Of a stretch of 64,000 nucleotides of DNA, positions 36,043 to 49,694 are shown one piece after another. A program made the translations under genes and the position numbers. Numbering within the stretch: the stretch's first letter is position 1; every line of letters starts with the position of its first letter. The notes under the pieces are model-generated. The model saw nothing but the letters and a program-made list of their open reading frames with translations, had not been told where the DNA came from and did not search any database. Origin of the DNA: Trichosphaerium sp. ATCC 40318 (taxonomy: Eukaryota; Protista; Tubulinea); assembly GCA_038496445.1 (NCBI GenBank), contig JALMLS010000441.1, forward strand, positions 1,248 through 65,247, read 5' to 3'.

Positions 36043-39000
36043 ATGCAACAACACAAACTAGTTTTACTGGTTTTGTGCTCAATAGCAGTATGCAATACGT
36101 CGCTTCTAGATACTTTGAAGAACTTTGAAGAACGCTACGACTTTTCTCATGACCCATCAACGGATAGTGGTAGATTCTGGGTTTTTTGGACAGTTAGAGG
36201 CGAAAGCGTTGATATAGCCATTGTTGGGAAAGCACAAGGATACCTAGCACTCGCATTGAACCCTACAGCTGGTAATGAGATCTTAAACGCAACAATGAAC
36301 GGCGCAATCGCTACAATTGGTACCGAGCACTATTTTGGTACAAATGTATACTAAAACGCGTTTAAAGGCTTCCAGAAGGAAGACAACATTACTATTGGTA
36401 CCTACGACTTGTTTGAAACGGATGATGATCACGGTGCAACCAACACAACGAATACGTTCACAAACGGGACTTGTACGCGAAAACGAACTCCCTGTTTCGG
36501 TTTAGACTCACATAACGTAGTTACCAAAGATCCCGAGTTTGTGACTATGACATACACTCAAAACTACACTACTGAGCAGATAACGACACAACAAGGCTGG
36601 TTATTTGCTTTTAGGGACACACCAGAGCTTGGATACCACACTGACCGTTATAATAACATACTAACTCTCAGTACGACACTGTTTTTTTTTGATTCAAAAA
36701 AAACTAGGAATTCGTTTTTTGTACTAATTTGGCGTTCCGCTATGTTGTTTTTTTTTTGTCACAACCAATAATGTGCTTTTGGTTATTTTATAAATATCAT
36801 TTTCATAATGAAAAAAAAAAATGAGAAAGTTGTGACTTGTTTAAGCGAGCTAAAAGTGAGATTCTCAAAATTTCGTGAAACTTCTTTCGTTGATTTTTTT
36901 TGGTACCTACGTTTTAACATTTTTGTTCTTCCCTAGGCTCTGGAGCTGGCGCTACACCTGTAGTATTATGTAATTGTAGTACTTGTGATCCAAATGAGGC
37001 GAATAAGTGCATTACACCAACAACAGAAGCACCAACAATACCATCAGCACCAACTACTGTTGCTCCGACAAAGCCTTTTGAGCCAATTAATTCGCCAACA
37101 TTCACAGACTACCTGGGCGTAACAGGTTTAACTGCAAGGTTTGAGTTGTCGGAAAATGAAATCGCCGTCACACTTACAGTACCAACCGCAGGTATCCCGT
37201 CACTCCAAAAAGTCAAAAACACATATGTTTTTTTTTGAAAGTTTATTGTTTTGTTAGGTTATATTGGTATTGCTTTTGGATTTGGAAACATGGTTCCAGC
37301 TGTAGCTATTATAGGGTTCGTTGGTAAAGATAACAACACCAAGAATGTCAAGGTAAAACCTCAAATTCTTGTGCATTCAGTTTTTTGTTATTGTACACGG
37401 TACTGACACTAAAAAGGCTTGGGATCTGTTGGCTTACGATGACAAACACCCAGAATTATCAGCAAAAATAGATCCAGAGTCACCAATCACTTTTATTGAA
37501 TCTGGAGTTACAACTGATTCATTGAATGTAACAACACTTTGGTTTTCGATGGAAAGAACATTTGTCGCAAAGAATGACAGTAAGTCACGTGTTTTTTTAG
37601 AACATAATATTGTTGTCCATTATCTCATTTTTTATAGGTATTACTGTTGCTGAGGGTGTTGATGTTCTTGTCGCACATGGACAAGTAAAAGAAGGGCAAC
37701 CTCAATATCATGAAGATCGTTCAAAAGGAAAACTCAGTTTTGCTCCACCTACTACTGTTCCACCTACCACTGCTGCCTCTGGAGAAGATTTCTTGGGTGT
37801 TCGTGGGTTCAGACAAAGTAATGAAATAAAAGGAGACGAGATTAAAATCTCGTTTTCTGCACCAGGAGGTCCGGAAACAAAAGAAAACTTGACGCATTTT
37901 TCTAACTGCGTTTTGCAGAATATGTTGCTCTTGGATTTGCTGATACCTCTCCTGCACGTATGGTAGGTTCTCTAGCATTAGTTGGTTGTGTAGTAGAAGG
38001 CAACGGTATCTTGAAGGTAATATATTCACAGCTGGTGTGCTCACAGTTCTAACTGTTTTTCTTCGAAAGACATTTGCCTTAAACGCTTTAAATGAAGCTG
38101 GTGTTGTTGAGAAACCTGGTGTCTTTAATATCATCTCTTCGTCAGTAACTAAATCCAATGGTGTTACATCCGTTGAAGTCACACTAAAGACAAAATACAA
38201 CAATGGTATAACAGTTTTTTATCACGTGATTCTGTCTAACTAAGCGTTTTTTTGAAGATAAAACAATTAGCGCTTCTTCTGATGTTGTCATTGCCTTTGG
38301 CAACCTTCGTGCAAGTAGTATTGCACCAGCACAACATAGTACGTACCTAAACTTACACAATAATGGCTCTAAACGGTAGTCTAGGCCCACAAGATCATGG
38401 TGCTGGTACTCTTTCTGGAAGCAAAGCGCCTATTGATAGTTTGCTATGTATGCTATTGTTATTCACTCATCTTCGCTTATATTACTTTTAAGTGTCTCAT
38501 GGAGTTCTCATGTTCTTGGCATGGGGTTTGATGATTCCTCTTGGATGGATGGCAGCACGATACTTGAAATTTGCCAAAGGCAAAGTTTGCAACTTTCCAT
38601 ACTGGTGGGCAATTCACAGGTTGATGATAAATTCGTATTTCTTGTGGTTCTTATTCTTATTAGACCTCTTCAAATTGCTGGATTTGTACTATCTCTTGCA
38701 GCTTTTGCTATTGTTGTGTACTCAATTGTTGATAACAAAGGTACAGAATAGAGCTAAGTGAGCTTTGATACGCTAACAATTAAATAGGAACTCAATTTTG
38801 GGGTGGAATATCTAAGTTTCACAAACCTTTGGGTCTTGTTATTACTGTCTTGGGTGCCGTTCAGATCTTAATAGCGTTGATCAAGTACGCTGAAACTCAA
38901 GCTTTATATCAATGTATTAACATACTTTTCTTAGACCACACCCAGCAGAAGATGGAAGCAAAGGATTGCTACGCTTATTATGGGAACAAAAACATAGATG

Positions 39001-39348
39001 GCGTAAGAAGTTGTTTTGAATATTCTTATTTCTTTTCTAACACGTGTACACAGTTGGACGATTCATGCTTTTTGCTGCTATTCCTCAAATGTTCTCTGGA
39101 ATAGTAGAGCTACTTAAGGAAGACCAAGGTCGTAATCTATGGTACGTCAGTTGTACCGACAAAACAGTTTTTTGGTTCTTAGTTTAGTCTTTCAAGTTGT
39201 TGACACTGTTTTCAGGTTATACCTCCTTGGTGGTGTTTTGTTCACATTTGTTGTTGCTATTATTATCTTCGAAATATTAAGATGCAAGCAGAGTAAGAGT
39301 ACTAAAGCAGAGAAAGATCCATTACTATACAAAGAGCTAAAAGACTGA
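36043..39348 (+). CDS. Secreted/membrane multi-DOMON + cytochrome b561 protein (ferric reductase-like)
   Basis: Signal peptide MQQHKLVLLVLCSIAVC. Three DOMON-like units (GYLALA..M..H; GYIGIAFG..M..YH; YVALGF..RM..QH) with Pro/Thr linkers. b561 His motifs SHGVLMFLAWG, WWAIHR, FHKPLG, KHRW.GR. Confidence 0.85.
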
Positions 39349-39850
39349 GCAATTTTTTTGTAGAAACAAAATAAAGTGAATAATTACACTAGAGCAAATT
39401 TTAAAGTGTTAGTAATATTCAACAAACAGTCTTAAAAACAGAGCTTAAATATTATAACCCTGATCCCGTACAATTGATTATTGACAACAAGGTTTCAAGC
39501 TGAAAGTCAGATTTGCACAATCATTCCTGTCACGTGAGGCGTCATGCAAGTATCATATACGAAAGTTTCAGAGTTTTCTCTTGTATCATTCAAAGACGCA
39601 GCCTGCCACTTTGTGTTCTGGTGTTAGTAGATGGATTTCAAAGTATCTTGGCCAAGATAGTCGCAGATGATGTTTGCGAATCTGGTACGGAATTGTGCAG
39701 ATTATCGATTAAAAAAATATTCACAACTTTTACAAGTTCTGTAGTACTAAATCATTGCACTACCGAAAATCAACAAACGGTGTACTGTGGACTGAGAGAA
39801 GGGAATGCGTACTTGTTGCCAACGACAATAGAGTTATCCTCTTTTTTTTA

Positions 39851-39925
39851 CTAGACTCACGTGTTCTTGTTGATCTACAATACCAGATTGGAGGAGAGAA
39901 TACGTCTCACTAAGCTTCGATTCCC
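39851..39925 (+). repeat. Dispersed ~75-bp repeat; inverted copy at 62938-63011
   Basis: tcttgttgatctacaataccagattggaggagagaatacgtctcactaagcttcgat matches the reverse complement of atcgaagctgagtgagacgtattctctcctccaatttggtattgtagatcaacaaga with two mismatches. Confidence 0.75.
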
Positions 39926-40394
39926 ATATCACATGTACATATACAACATAAATCAATTGAAGTATTCAATCCATCAAAACATGACAAACAATAAGGATAT
40001 TTGAATCGTAACCTGGGGTTGTATACAACTGCTACTTGCTGATTGTTTTACGATTCTAACGTACTTAAACAACTACCTCTCATTCATCAAACGCCAGTAA
40101 AATACGTATTTACACTGTCAAAATAGCAAGGTACAGAAATGTTGTTTCTTGAGGCCAAGGCACCTTGATCTAATACGAGGTAAAGGAGCGTTGCTGTGGG
40201 TACAATCTTGAAAAGATGGTTTTCAGATCGCAAGTGTGTGCCTTGTATAGCCCGCCTTGAGCCTATTATTTAGACAAAAGGTGTTCGAGGAGCGATTGCG
40301 TAACATAAAAAGTTTATACGTCACATTTGTACATGTCTTATACAACAAAAAAGTAAAAAGAAGTTTTTTTTTTTTCCTTTGTTTTTTTTTGTGC

Positions 40395-41579
40395 TTATGC
40401 TGATGGAATATCTGGTCCAACAATAGGTGTAGCGATATTATAAATAGCAGCTCCCTTTGAGTAATCTTTACCGGGTATCTTTTCAATACGCTGAGGGTAG
40501 TTTTCTCTCTTGTCTGAGTAGTACGCACTATGTAAATCACCAGCTAAAAAAAAAGTGTGATGTTAGTAAAGAAATAGCCTTACTTTTCTTTGAAATTGTT
40601 AGATGGTAGTACCTGATGCGGCATTAAATGTAAAGAAGTAAGCACGTCTTGGACTATTTGTTTTGTTGATATCACTTCGATGTGGAATAAACGCATCAAA
40701 GAAAACAACGTCACCTAAAAAGATGTCAGCCATTTCAGCTTAAAGTTGCACGTGATTTAAATAAAAATACCTGGCATCGCTAGTACAGGCTCAAATGTAA
40801 GGTTTTTGGCTACTTCTGGATGAATCTGAAAGGCATGATGTGAGAGGAGACACAAATAAGGATATTCAAGCGTACCTCCTTTCGCTCATTCATTCTCAAA
40901 CGTTTACCTTTCCAGTTGCCAGCACTGAAGCATACTGTCCCGTTTTCGACTGTACATGGATCGATAGGAACCATAACAGTTATATAGTAGTCAGCCAAGA
41001 CATATGCGGGGATATCTTGATGATCAGGGAAGGCACCACCACCTGTAACAAAAAACTGTTAAAAAAACTTGACAGAAAAAAAGATGCAATTTTTCTTTGG
41101 ACTTACCAGGCATTTTATAGTTAATCTTTTCTTTATAGAGGTACATCTCACTGCCGTGAAGTTGTCCAACAATATTACGCAAAATCTCATTTGCAATGTG
41201 ACGCATACCTTCATGATGATCTACAAAGTTTTCTGTACGACATAACCGCTCACCCTTTGGTGTATTCTAAAAAACACATCAAAAAACGTGACTTAACACT
41301 TTTTTTGTCAAACGATTTTGGAATATTTACAAAACAAGACTTTTTATGTAAAAACGTCTACAAAGTGTCTTATACGCTAATAACAAGCGTTTTCTATTGA
41401 TTAAGACATACCTCAAAGTAATGCATCCATTTTCCTTTTTCTTCTGGCCAATTTGTAATCTCTGTAGTCCAGCGTTGTAAGTCACATACTTGTTTATCGT
41501 TAAAGAGTCCGCGCATTACAATATGAGAGTTGTCTTTAAAAAACTGTAATTCATTCGGAGACACTGTTTTATGTGACAT
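40395..41579 (-). CDS. Fe(II)/2-oxoglutarate dioxygenase, phytanoyl-CoA dioxygenase (PhyH) family
   Basis: LYKEKINYKMP/GGGAFPDHQD, ITVMVPIDPCTVENG, PGDVVFFDAFIPHRSDINKTNSPRRAYFFTFN (HxD...H, R). Confidence 0.9.
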
Positions 41580-42093
41580 TGTTATTTGTTTGTATGTTGA
41601 TGAGGTGTTGTATGCGTTGAGAGAGTGTTAAGACTTGGAGACAAAAATACTTCAGGAAGGTGTCATTTGGCTGTCAAAGTCTTTTGTGCACTTTTATCGT
41701 GTGAGGCATACTGTTTCGCGTTCTACTACGCGCATAGAGAACGTAGGTAATAATTGGAGATGCTCTAGTCCTAATTGGCGATTTTAGTCAGTTATCGTTA
41801 AAAGAACAATCAAACTCTATCAATACTACGAATAGTATAATTGTAGCTTGTGTTGGTGGCATTGGAAGTAACTTTAAGCTACAAAATGTTCAATGTCGCA
41901 ACGGAGTAGTTACAGAACTGCAATTTATTTAAAACAGCCTTTGTCATGCTCATTGAAGCATTGTAGTAGAGGATTTGACCTTACCGACTAACTAACGCTT
42001 TGAGTGCCAAAAACTTCTGCGAAAAGCAACGAAATTGTGTAAACTTGGTATTGGTAGCTTATAATAGGTGTTTGTCTTTCAATACGCTCGTAA

Positions 42094-44663
42094 ATGCTAA
42101 AAGAAGCTGAAAATGTCGAAATGCGCATATTGTTTAACGTTAGAACGAAAAAAAAGCTAGGAGATGATTTTTCAGCGTTATATAGAGACAAGTACGAGTT
42201 TAGAACTGTCGCTAGTATAAAATAATTTATAAACCGTTAAAATGATCTTCACACGCGTCTATATAGGCTTTACACAGATGTCAGCGTACTTGTTGGTAAA
42301 AATATTTATGAATTACACAAGCACGTTAATATACATCCATACATGTACTAACAGAGTTATAGATGCGTTCTAGCATGCAGGTAGGTGTTTATGTCAATGC
42401 CAGCAAAAAAAAACGAAAATACCGTTTAGGTCACCGACATTACGTGCAATGCTCTCTAAAAAATGGCGTAAGGCAGATGCAGGTTTGTTATTATTTTATT
42501 TATTTCAATGTTAATTCTTTCATCTGAAGCAAATGAACCAGTAGAATTGAAGGAAGTACGCAACTAATGTTACAAATATACCAACAACATTTATCCATTT
42601 TTATCTCGTTTTTTTATTCAACTCGGCTTTAGATTACACCAAGTATATTTGAAGCAGTTATAGAGGTATTGATTATTTTCTATTATGCACGTGTGTTGAC
42701 ACGTGGTTTTGGTTTTTTTTTGGCACAGAGAGTTGTTGTTTCTTATTTTTTTATAGTTTATGTACAGCGGTAGAATTACTCTTAGAGGTGACCAAGAATT
42801 TCCATTGATGCAATTACTTAGGGTACGGTACTAAATTCTTGTTTGAAAATTTTTATGGCACACTGTGTTGGTACAGTTGCTGCCTTAAAAAGCGTTTCGT
42901 TTAAGCGTCATTTTAACAGGTTTTTTTACAGGCTGCAGAGTTTTTCCAGATGCAATCAATGCACTCATTACTTATGTACGTATTTATCTTTTAAAATTCG
43001 ATTTAGATGTTGATTGGAGCTAACTTTAACCAAAGCGAACAGTTTGTTACTCCTGATTTTTTGACAATTGAGAATATACCTTGGATGCTCGAAGTACGGC
43101 GTTTTTACATTATATGTGGTTCGTTATGATTAATGTATAAAAGGTCGCATTGAATGCAGAAGATGAGAAAACGATAGAAATCTTATCAACCTTTGTTGAA
43201 TGCACGGACTCTTTTTGTTTTTTTACTTTCAACGTTTTATTTTGGATCGAGCTCATTGATTTGTAGTTATGTCGAATGAACTGTATGAGTCTAATTACTT
43301 GGAGAATTTTACTAGAGATGCTCTTATACACGTGATATCAAACCACTACCTGCGTATAAATGAGCAGAAAGTAAGAACGTCTTCCGTTTGGAGGAACTAA
43401 ACTTGACCTGACTTTTTTTTTCAGATTTTGATAGTAGCGTTACGGTGGCTCTTACAAACAAATAAAACAGAAGAAGATATGAAAGTATTCAGATATATAA
43501 TCTATGATAATATTATAGACAATGTTGCAGACATTATTAAGAAATTTAAAATACAGATGATGGACGACAAAGGTTTGTTCACTTTTTTTTTTTTGAAAAC
43601 GTTTTTTTTGTGTTGGCTGTTTTGAGATGGTTGTCAACGTGTGAATATACTATTATTTGCTGATATGGTTGCATCTAGTATTAAGTAATGTTATGAGAAA
43701 CTTAAAAATACAGGATGTCGATATTACAAGGCAAGGATCAAGTAAGAAAAGAAAACTAAAGAAATTTTTTTTTGCTAATTATTTATCACTCATAGCAATC
43801 TACTGTGATGTTGCAATATTCACATTGACAGGTTCAGCTACAAGAATAAATGATACCTGCGATGCACCGATGCGTATGTTGAAGAATCAGTAACGTTCAA
43901 ATGAATTAATTTGTGTTGAAGGTGTCGGTCCTGGAGAAGGAAGCGCAATAATTTCTCTTCCGTCACAACGTATTGAGGTGCACTTCACATTCCAACTGGC
44001 AAAGTTAATATGTAACCATACTTATCCTTAGAACATGGCATATAATTTTGAAGTAATCATCCCAGAAGATAGGTAACCAGGACGTTTCGAAATCGTTCGC
44101 TAATTTTTTTCTTTTAGCAAAGGATTTGATATTAAGTTCATGTCGTTCTTAAAAGTATTGTACCACTTTTCTCCAAGGTAAGAGAATTCTCTTCTATCAG
44201 TAATTAACGTATTCTAATCCTTTTGATTCAGATTCAAGGATGGTAAATCCTTCCTTGCTCGAAACAAGTATGAAAGGCAAGTTCATTTTTTTTTAATTAA
44301 TTCTATTATTGCACTGTTCACGTGTTTTTTGTGAAGATCTAAACTTCTTTTTAAAGCGATGATATTACTGAACCTGAGATAAAATGTAATCCTGGAGATT
44401 CTATGGTTGTATGTATAAAGATATTAAAGGATGGACTTGAAGTATGGGTTGATTATAGATTCCTTGTAAGATTTTCACAAGTACTTCTTCAACTTAAAAC
44501 ATCTGCTTTGGCTATTACTGGTGATGTCATTGTTACTGCTTTTAAGATGGGTTTAAGCAAGAAAGAAGTTATAAAAGCTAAAAGACAACGTAAGAAGAGT
44601 CAGTCAAAGTCAAAGAAACAATCAACTTTGAATGTAACTACAAACGGAAATGAAGCCTCTTAG
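42094..44663 (+). CDS. BTB/POZ (+BACK-like) domain protein
   Basis: DDFSALYRDKLYTDVSVLVGKNIYELHKCVLACRSPTLRAML...PVELKEITPSIFEAVIEFMYSG...AAEFFQM; later VALRWL (BACK-like); many short exons. Confidence 0.82.
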
Positions 44664-44924
44664 CTGTAAGTCTGTCTTGAATGTTTTCAAAAAAACATGT
44701 GCCAACCGTTTAACAGAATGGTACAAACACTGTGTCCATCTTATTTCGCAAAAAAATTGTCGCCTCGTCTAGCTGTTGTGACAACTTTGATCGGTTGAAT
44801 TTGTATTGACTTAAACGATGGTTTAAGTTGCCTTGTGGCTTTTTTTTTGGCTGCTTTTTCGCATAACAACGTTCTTAGCGATTCTCTATAATAATCGGAG
44901 TATCTACAATAGTTTTAATCAATA

Positions 44925-47479
44925 ATGAAACTCTTTTCGGTAGCTAACGTCGCTTCGGTCCCAAAACGCGCGGTACGGTATAATAACGCTAAATCACGCG
45001 GTAAGAGATCGTTTGCAACGGAACCTCCAGTAGAAAGCTTTAAAAGTACCGAAGCGCAAAAAACCTTCCGGTACACGCATGAACATACTTAATTTACGCA
45101 GTACCGGACTATTAGAGCTAAATTATGTCCAGACACAATATTCCTTGGACAGATCCCGAATACTACGACGAAAAAAGCCTAGAGAAGGTAATAAACGCTC
45201 TTTCAGAGTTTTTCCGCTGACGAAAAAACTTAAAAAGGAAATGCGGCGTGTTTTCGACGTTTGTCACGGTTGTCGACTCTGTTATAACTTATGCGACTCT
45301 TTCCCTACTCTATTTGATCTTGTCGATGATTCAAAGACTGGAGAGCTTGATAGCGTAGACTCAAAGGAATTTAAGGCAAGTTCTTGTTTGAAACTTTTTT
45401 TGATTTTTGAAGAAAAAAAAAATTATTTCGGATTTTTTTAACGGCGATACTTCGTGATTAGAAAGTTGTTGATGATTGTACTTTATGTGATATGTGCTCT
45501 ATAGCAACTTGTCCTTATGTCCCACCTCATCCATTAAATGGTACATGGCATTTAAAAGTAGTTATTAATAATTCACTGAAAACACTTTGTAATTTTTTTT
45601 GCTGTATTTTTCTGACGTCTGTTTTTTGCCTTTAGTTGACTTTCCACGTTTAATGTTACGATATCGTGCTATTGAAAATAAAGATGATAAAAAGATTTTA
45701 AACAGATACTATATACCACCAGAATACAATGTCAAAAAGGTGAGTTCCGAAGTTGCCAACTTTTTTTTCTTCTTCTTTTAACAAAACCAAACCACCATTG
45801 AGTCTACGCCAAGCTATAACCGTTAACAATAATGTAATAGATATCTGGTGCTGGTAGCGGACACGATGGAGAGGTTAGAGTTAATGAAGGAGTTAGTAGA
45901 AAGCTTGAATTCAAACCAGAAGGTTAAACAAAACGAAATCGATTACTTTGGCTGACCATTGTTGTGTAGGCTTCGTTCACAAGATGATGACAGACACTGA
46001 TTATATGGGTAAGCTTGCAGCTAAAAGAGCACCATTAGTAAACTGGATGGCAGATCAACCTCTAGCACGTAAAATAGCTGGTAGGTGCTACAACAAAACA
46101 GAACAAAGATCGAATACAAGTTTTTTTTAATTGTCTTTTTAAGGTGTTCATAAAGATGCCAAAGTTCCTAAAATGTTAAAAAAAGACGACCAATTTTCAA
46201 GTTATCTTGAACCAATGGATGTTAATCCTGAGGCTCCTGCATATGGTACGAAAAAGTGATTGAATTTAATGTGTATTTTTTTCAACTTGTTTTGCTGATA
46301 AAATCTCTCAGGACAGCGGAAAGTGGTTATGTATTCTACATGTGTTGTTAATAATAACAAACCTGATATTGGCAAAGGTATGTGTTTTTTACTTAGCTTT
46401 TAGTTGACGTGGTGTTAAGTGGTATTTAATATTTTTTGGTTTTTTTAAGTTTTTCAATAGCTACAATGCGTGTTCTGTTACATAATGGTGTTCGTGTTGA
46501 GAGCGAGTATATTGGTTGCTGTGGTATGCCACAATTAGAGAGTGGTAAAATCGCTGAAGTAGAAGAGAAAGCCAGAAAAATAGCAGAGATTCTTGTATTA
46601 AAGTAACAACCAAAGCTGTTTTTGTTCCATATTTTTTCTGACCATTGACGTTTAGGTATGTTAACCCAGGATATGATGTTGTTGTTCCTGTGGCTTCTTG
46701 TTGCTTAATGTTTAAAAAAGAATGGCCAATGTTATTCCCAGATGATGAAGTACAGCGTTATTTTTAAAAAGACTTTTGTTGTTGTGTGCATGTGTTCTTA
46801 TTTTTTTCTTAGAATATACAAAAACTTGCAAAATTCACGTTTGACCCTTGTGAGTATCTCTTGAGATTAAAAAAGAAGGAAGGTATTATACCTACACAGC
46901 CGCTTGCAAAAAAAGTTAATGTAACATTACATCACGCTTGTCACTCAAGGGCACAAGGTATTCAACAAAAAATTTTACAAGTTGTTCAAATTGTCTCGTT
47001 AGGTATGGGATTCAAGGCTCTTGATGCTTTGAAATTGTTTGATAATATAAATATAACATCAGTGGAACGATGTTCAGGCCATGGAGGAAGTTTTGGCGTA
47101 ACAGAGGTACAAGAATTTGCAAAAACAAAAAGTTGCATTTATCTTACTCTTTTTTTTTAAAGCATGGTCATAAAGCGGCACATAAAGTTGGCAAGCCTGT
47201 ATTTAGAAATGTTATAAAATCTCTTAAAAAAAGAGATAACAAGGAAGACCCTGTCTATGTTTTGTCTGATTGTCCACTCGCTGTACGTCAACATTAATAA
47301 GGGAATCTTGAACTTGAAATACTAAAGTTTTTCTTGTTACTTTTGCTGATGTGAATCTGGTCTAGGTTGATCATATCAAAGAAGGTGTACTTAAACAAGA
47401 TAATACAACAAAAAGTGATGACATGGTTACAGCACATCCGATGGAGTTTATTGCAAAGGCATACGGATTGGAATTTTAA
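44925..47479 (+). CDS. Fe-S oxidoreductase (2x[4Fe-4S] + two CCG domains; GlpC/HdrD-like, rubrerythrin-associated RFO type) with mitochondrial-type leader
   Basis: Leader MKLFSVANVASVPKRAVR...GKRSFAT; RVFDVCHGCRLCYNLCDSFPTLFDL, CTLCDMC...CPYVPPHP..VDFPRLMLRYRA, GCCGMP, VASCCLM, HHACHSRAQG, ERCSGHGGSFG, SDCPLA, HPMEFIAKAYG. Confidence 0.9.
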
Positions 47480-47842
47480 TTAATAATTCAGAAATAAAAT
47501 CTATGAGCTCTGTATAAATTGACTTTTTGGGTCCACATTTCGGACTTGCACTATTTGTTTGTATAATTGTCAATTTCCATAAAACTCTACACGTTTTGAA
47601 GTCTAATAAGACACTATGTTATTTTGGTGCGTTTACATATCTAAGTTTGAACACGTGTTTGGAAGGGCATTCTTTTTACAATGATTATTTCTGTAAACAA
47701 TTGATTCTTGTTTTCTAATCTGTTGCGTTTTTTATTCAGTGCAATTGCTGCTATTGGAAGAGTTCTACATTAGCTGGTTTAGAATACTTGCTTACGACGT
47801 GGTTTGACTAGTATTTTTTTGCTTTTTTTTCAAACAAACCAA

Positions 47843-48808
47843 ATGAAGCGCAGTGCATCTTTATCAATTAATGAACCTCCCAAGAAGATAAGGAAGTTAA
47901 CACAGTATTGTAATAACGCTCTGGAGTCGCTACCTGATGATAAACTAATAGAACAACTAACAAAGTATCAAGTACCAGTAGAATCGCTCTCTGAAGAGAT
48001 ATCAAAGCGTGTTGGCAATATTTATGCGGAAAAACTGTTACAATCAATGTTCGACCTAAACAAAGAGCTAGAGCTTCCAAACATCAAAACAAACAAGGTT
48101 GCTAACGAGCACGTGCTATCAGCATTAAAGAGTAAAGTAGATACAATGATAAACACCAACCAGGTCCTTTCTCGTTTAGATAAGTGGATAACATCTTTGA
48201 GGGAGTTTTTGAAGAACCCCACTGATGACGATGAAGGTGACAATTACTGTACTAGTGAAGAACAAATCAACCAATTATTCCTTTTGACACAATTGGTACA
48301 AGTCCAAAGTGTAGGTATGTAACATCAGATTAACACAAAGTAACCACGTAAAACAAATTGTGACTAAAGATACCATGTTATTAAGTGTTTCACTGATTGT
48401 TTATTTATAGAAAGAAATGAAACAGAAGTACAGAATGATGAAGGATACAATATGAATGTTGATGTAACAATTGGAAAAGGAAATGAAAGAGTGGGTATCT
48501 CTTTCAGCTATACAGACTGGACTAAAGGCTATTCAAACAGCTACATACGCATTTTATCCATATACAGGCATGGCCTAAAATATAGTGAAGAAATCTATAA
48601 AAAAATTTACGATTGCGATGAGACTAGTTTAGAAGGGATACAGAAATTTCAACAAGATGTTTTCAAAGTCATGTCACCTCACCTTGGAAAAGAGGTTAAC
48701 ATGGCTTTTACAACACGTCAGTTTTGTATCTTTTTAGATATCTTGTTTAACTGTGACAATGAAGAGTTCTATCTAAAAGGAGCTGCAGTAAAAAATGGCG
48801 TCATTTGA
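47843..48808 (+). CDS. Hypothetical protein (2 exons) with N-terminal NLS-like PPKKIRK
   Basis: Long exons 47843-~48312 and ~48411-48808 flank a GT-AG intron; AATAAA after the stop. Confidence 0.65.
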
Positions 48809-49442
48809 AACTCAAAATAAAACTATCAACATATTAATTTTGTGTTGGCATTGTTTCTACCTACGTCGAACCCTTTTATGTTGGTGTTTGCTTTATTATA
48901 TTGGGCCATTTAATAGAGGATTTGTTGACTCCATCATTGACAATGGTTAATCTCTTACGTAGTTCTCAAGCTCGCTATGCTATGACATTATTTCATGCAA
49001 ATGTCAAGTTGATAATACGACATTTATTTTAGTAGGACTAACACTCGTAAGAGAATTTCACGTGCAAAACCAGCTCTGTGCTAACGTCAACTACTGTCCA
49101 TTGCGTTCTGTTGTTAAAAATAGTTGCCAACAACTTTGAACAGGTTTTGTTTTGGTCTAAACTGAAGCCCGTTCTTGTGGTCTTGAAGAACGCTTCTACC
49201 GGTTAGTCTGACAATCATATTTCTGATGATATCGCTGCAAGAACCTTTCTAACGTTAGTGTACCACCAAACATACCTGTACAACGAACAGAATTCCGATG
49301 AACGCCAAGAAGCTCTTTTTTTATGGTCGTTTGGCAAACATGTTCTCCAGTGGACTAATTGCGCGTAGGAGCTTGTTTTGTATTAGATAATAACCTCATT
49401 TGTGCTTATTTACGCGGATTATACAGGAATTGTAGTTTTTAT

Positions 49443-49694
49443 TTAAGAATATCGGTGTCTACGCCTTATTACTGCGTATTGTCGTCTGCAACTTCTTTCG
49501 CAGGTCAAAGTATGACATGCATAGGCGTCTTCAGGAGATGAATATTTTAAACACTGAATGCGTGAACAGCTACATCCTCGTAAACACCGTTGTTTTGGTG
49601 TTTCTTCCTGCCACCAAAACTTGAAACACCCTGAAGCAACAGATATGCAAGCAAGAATAACTAAGAGAGCTAAGAGAGTACGTATTGCAGCCAT
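49443..49694 (-). CDS. Small secreted cysteine-rich cationic peptide
   Basis: Signal peptide MAAIRTLLALLVILACISVASG; mature region has 8 Cys and an Arg-rich tail. Confidence 0.6.
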   Translation of the reverse strand: MAAIRTLLALLVILACISVASGCFKFWWQEETPKQRCLRGCSCSRIQCLKYSSPEDAYACHTLTCERSCRRQYAVIRRRHRYS

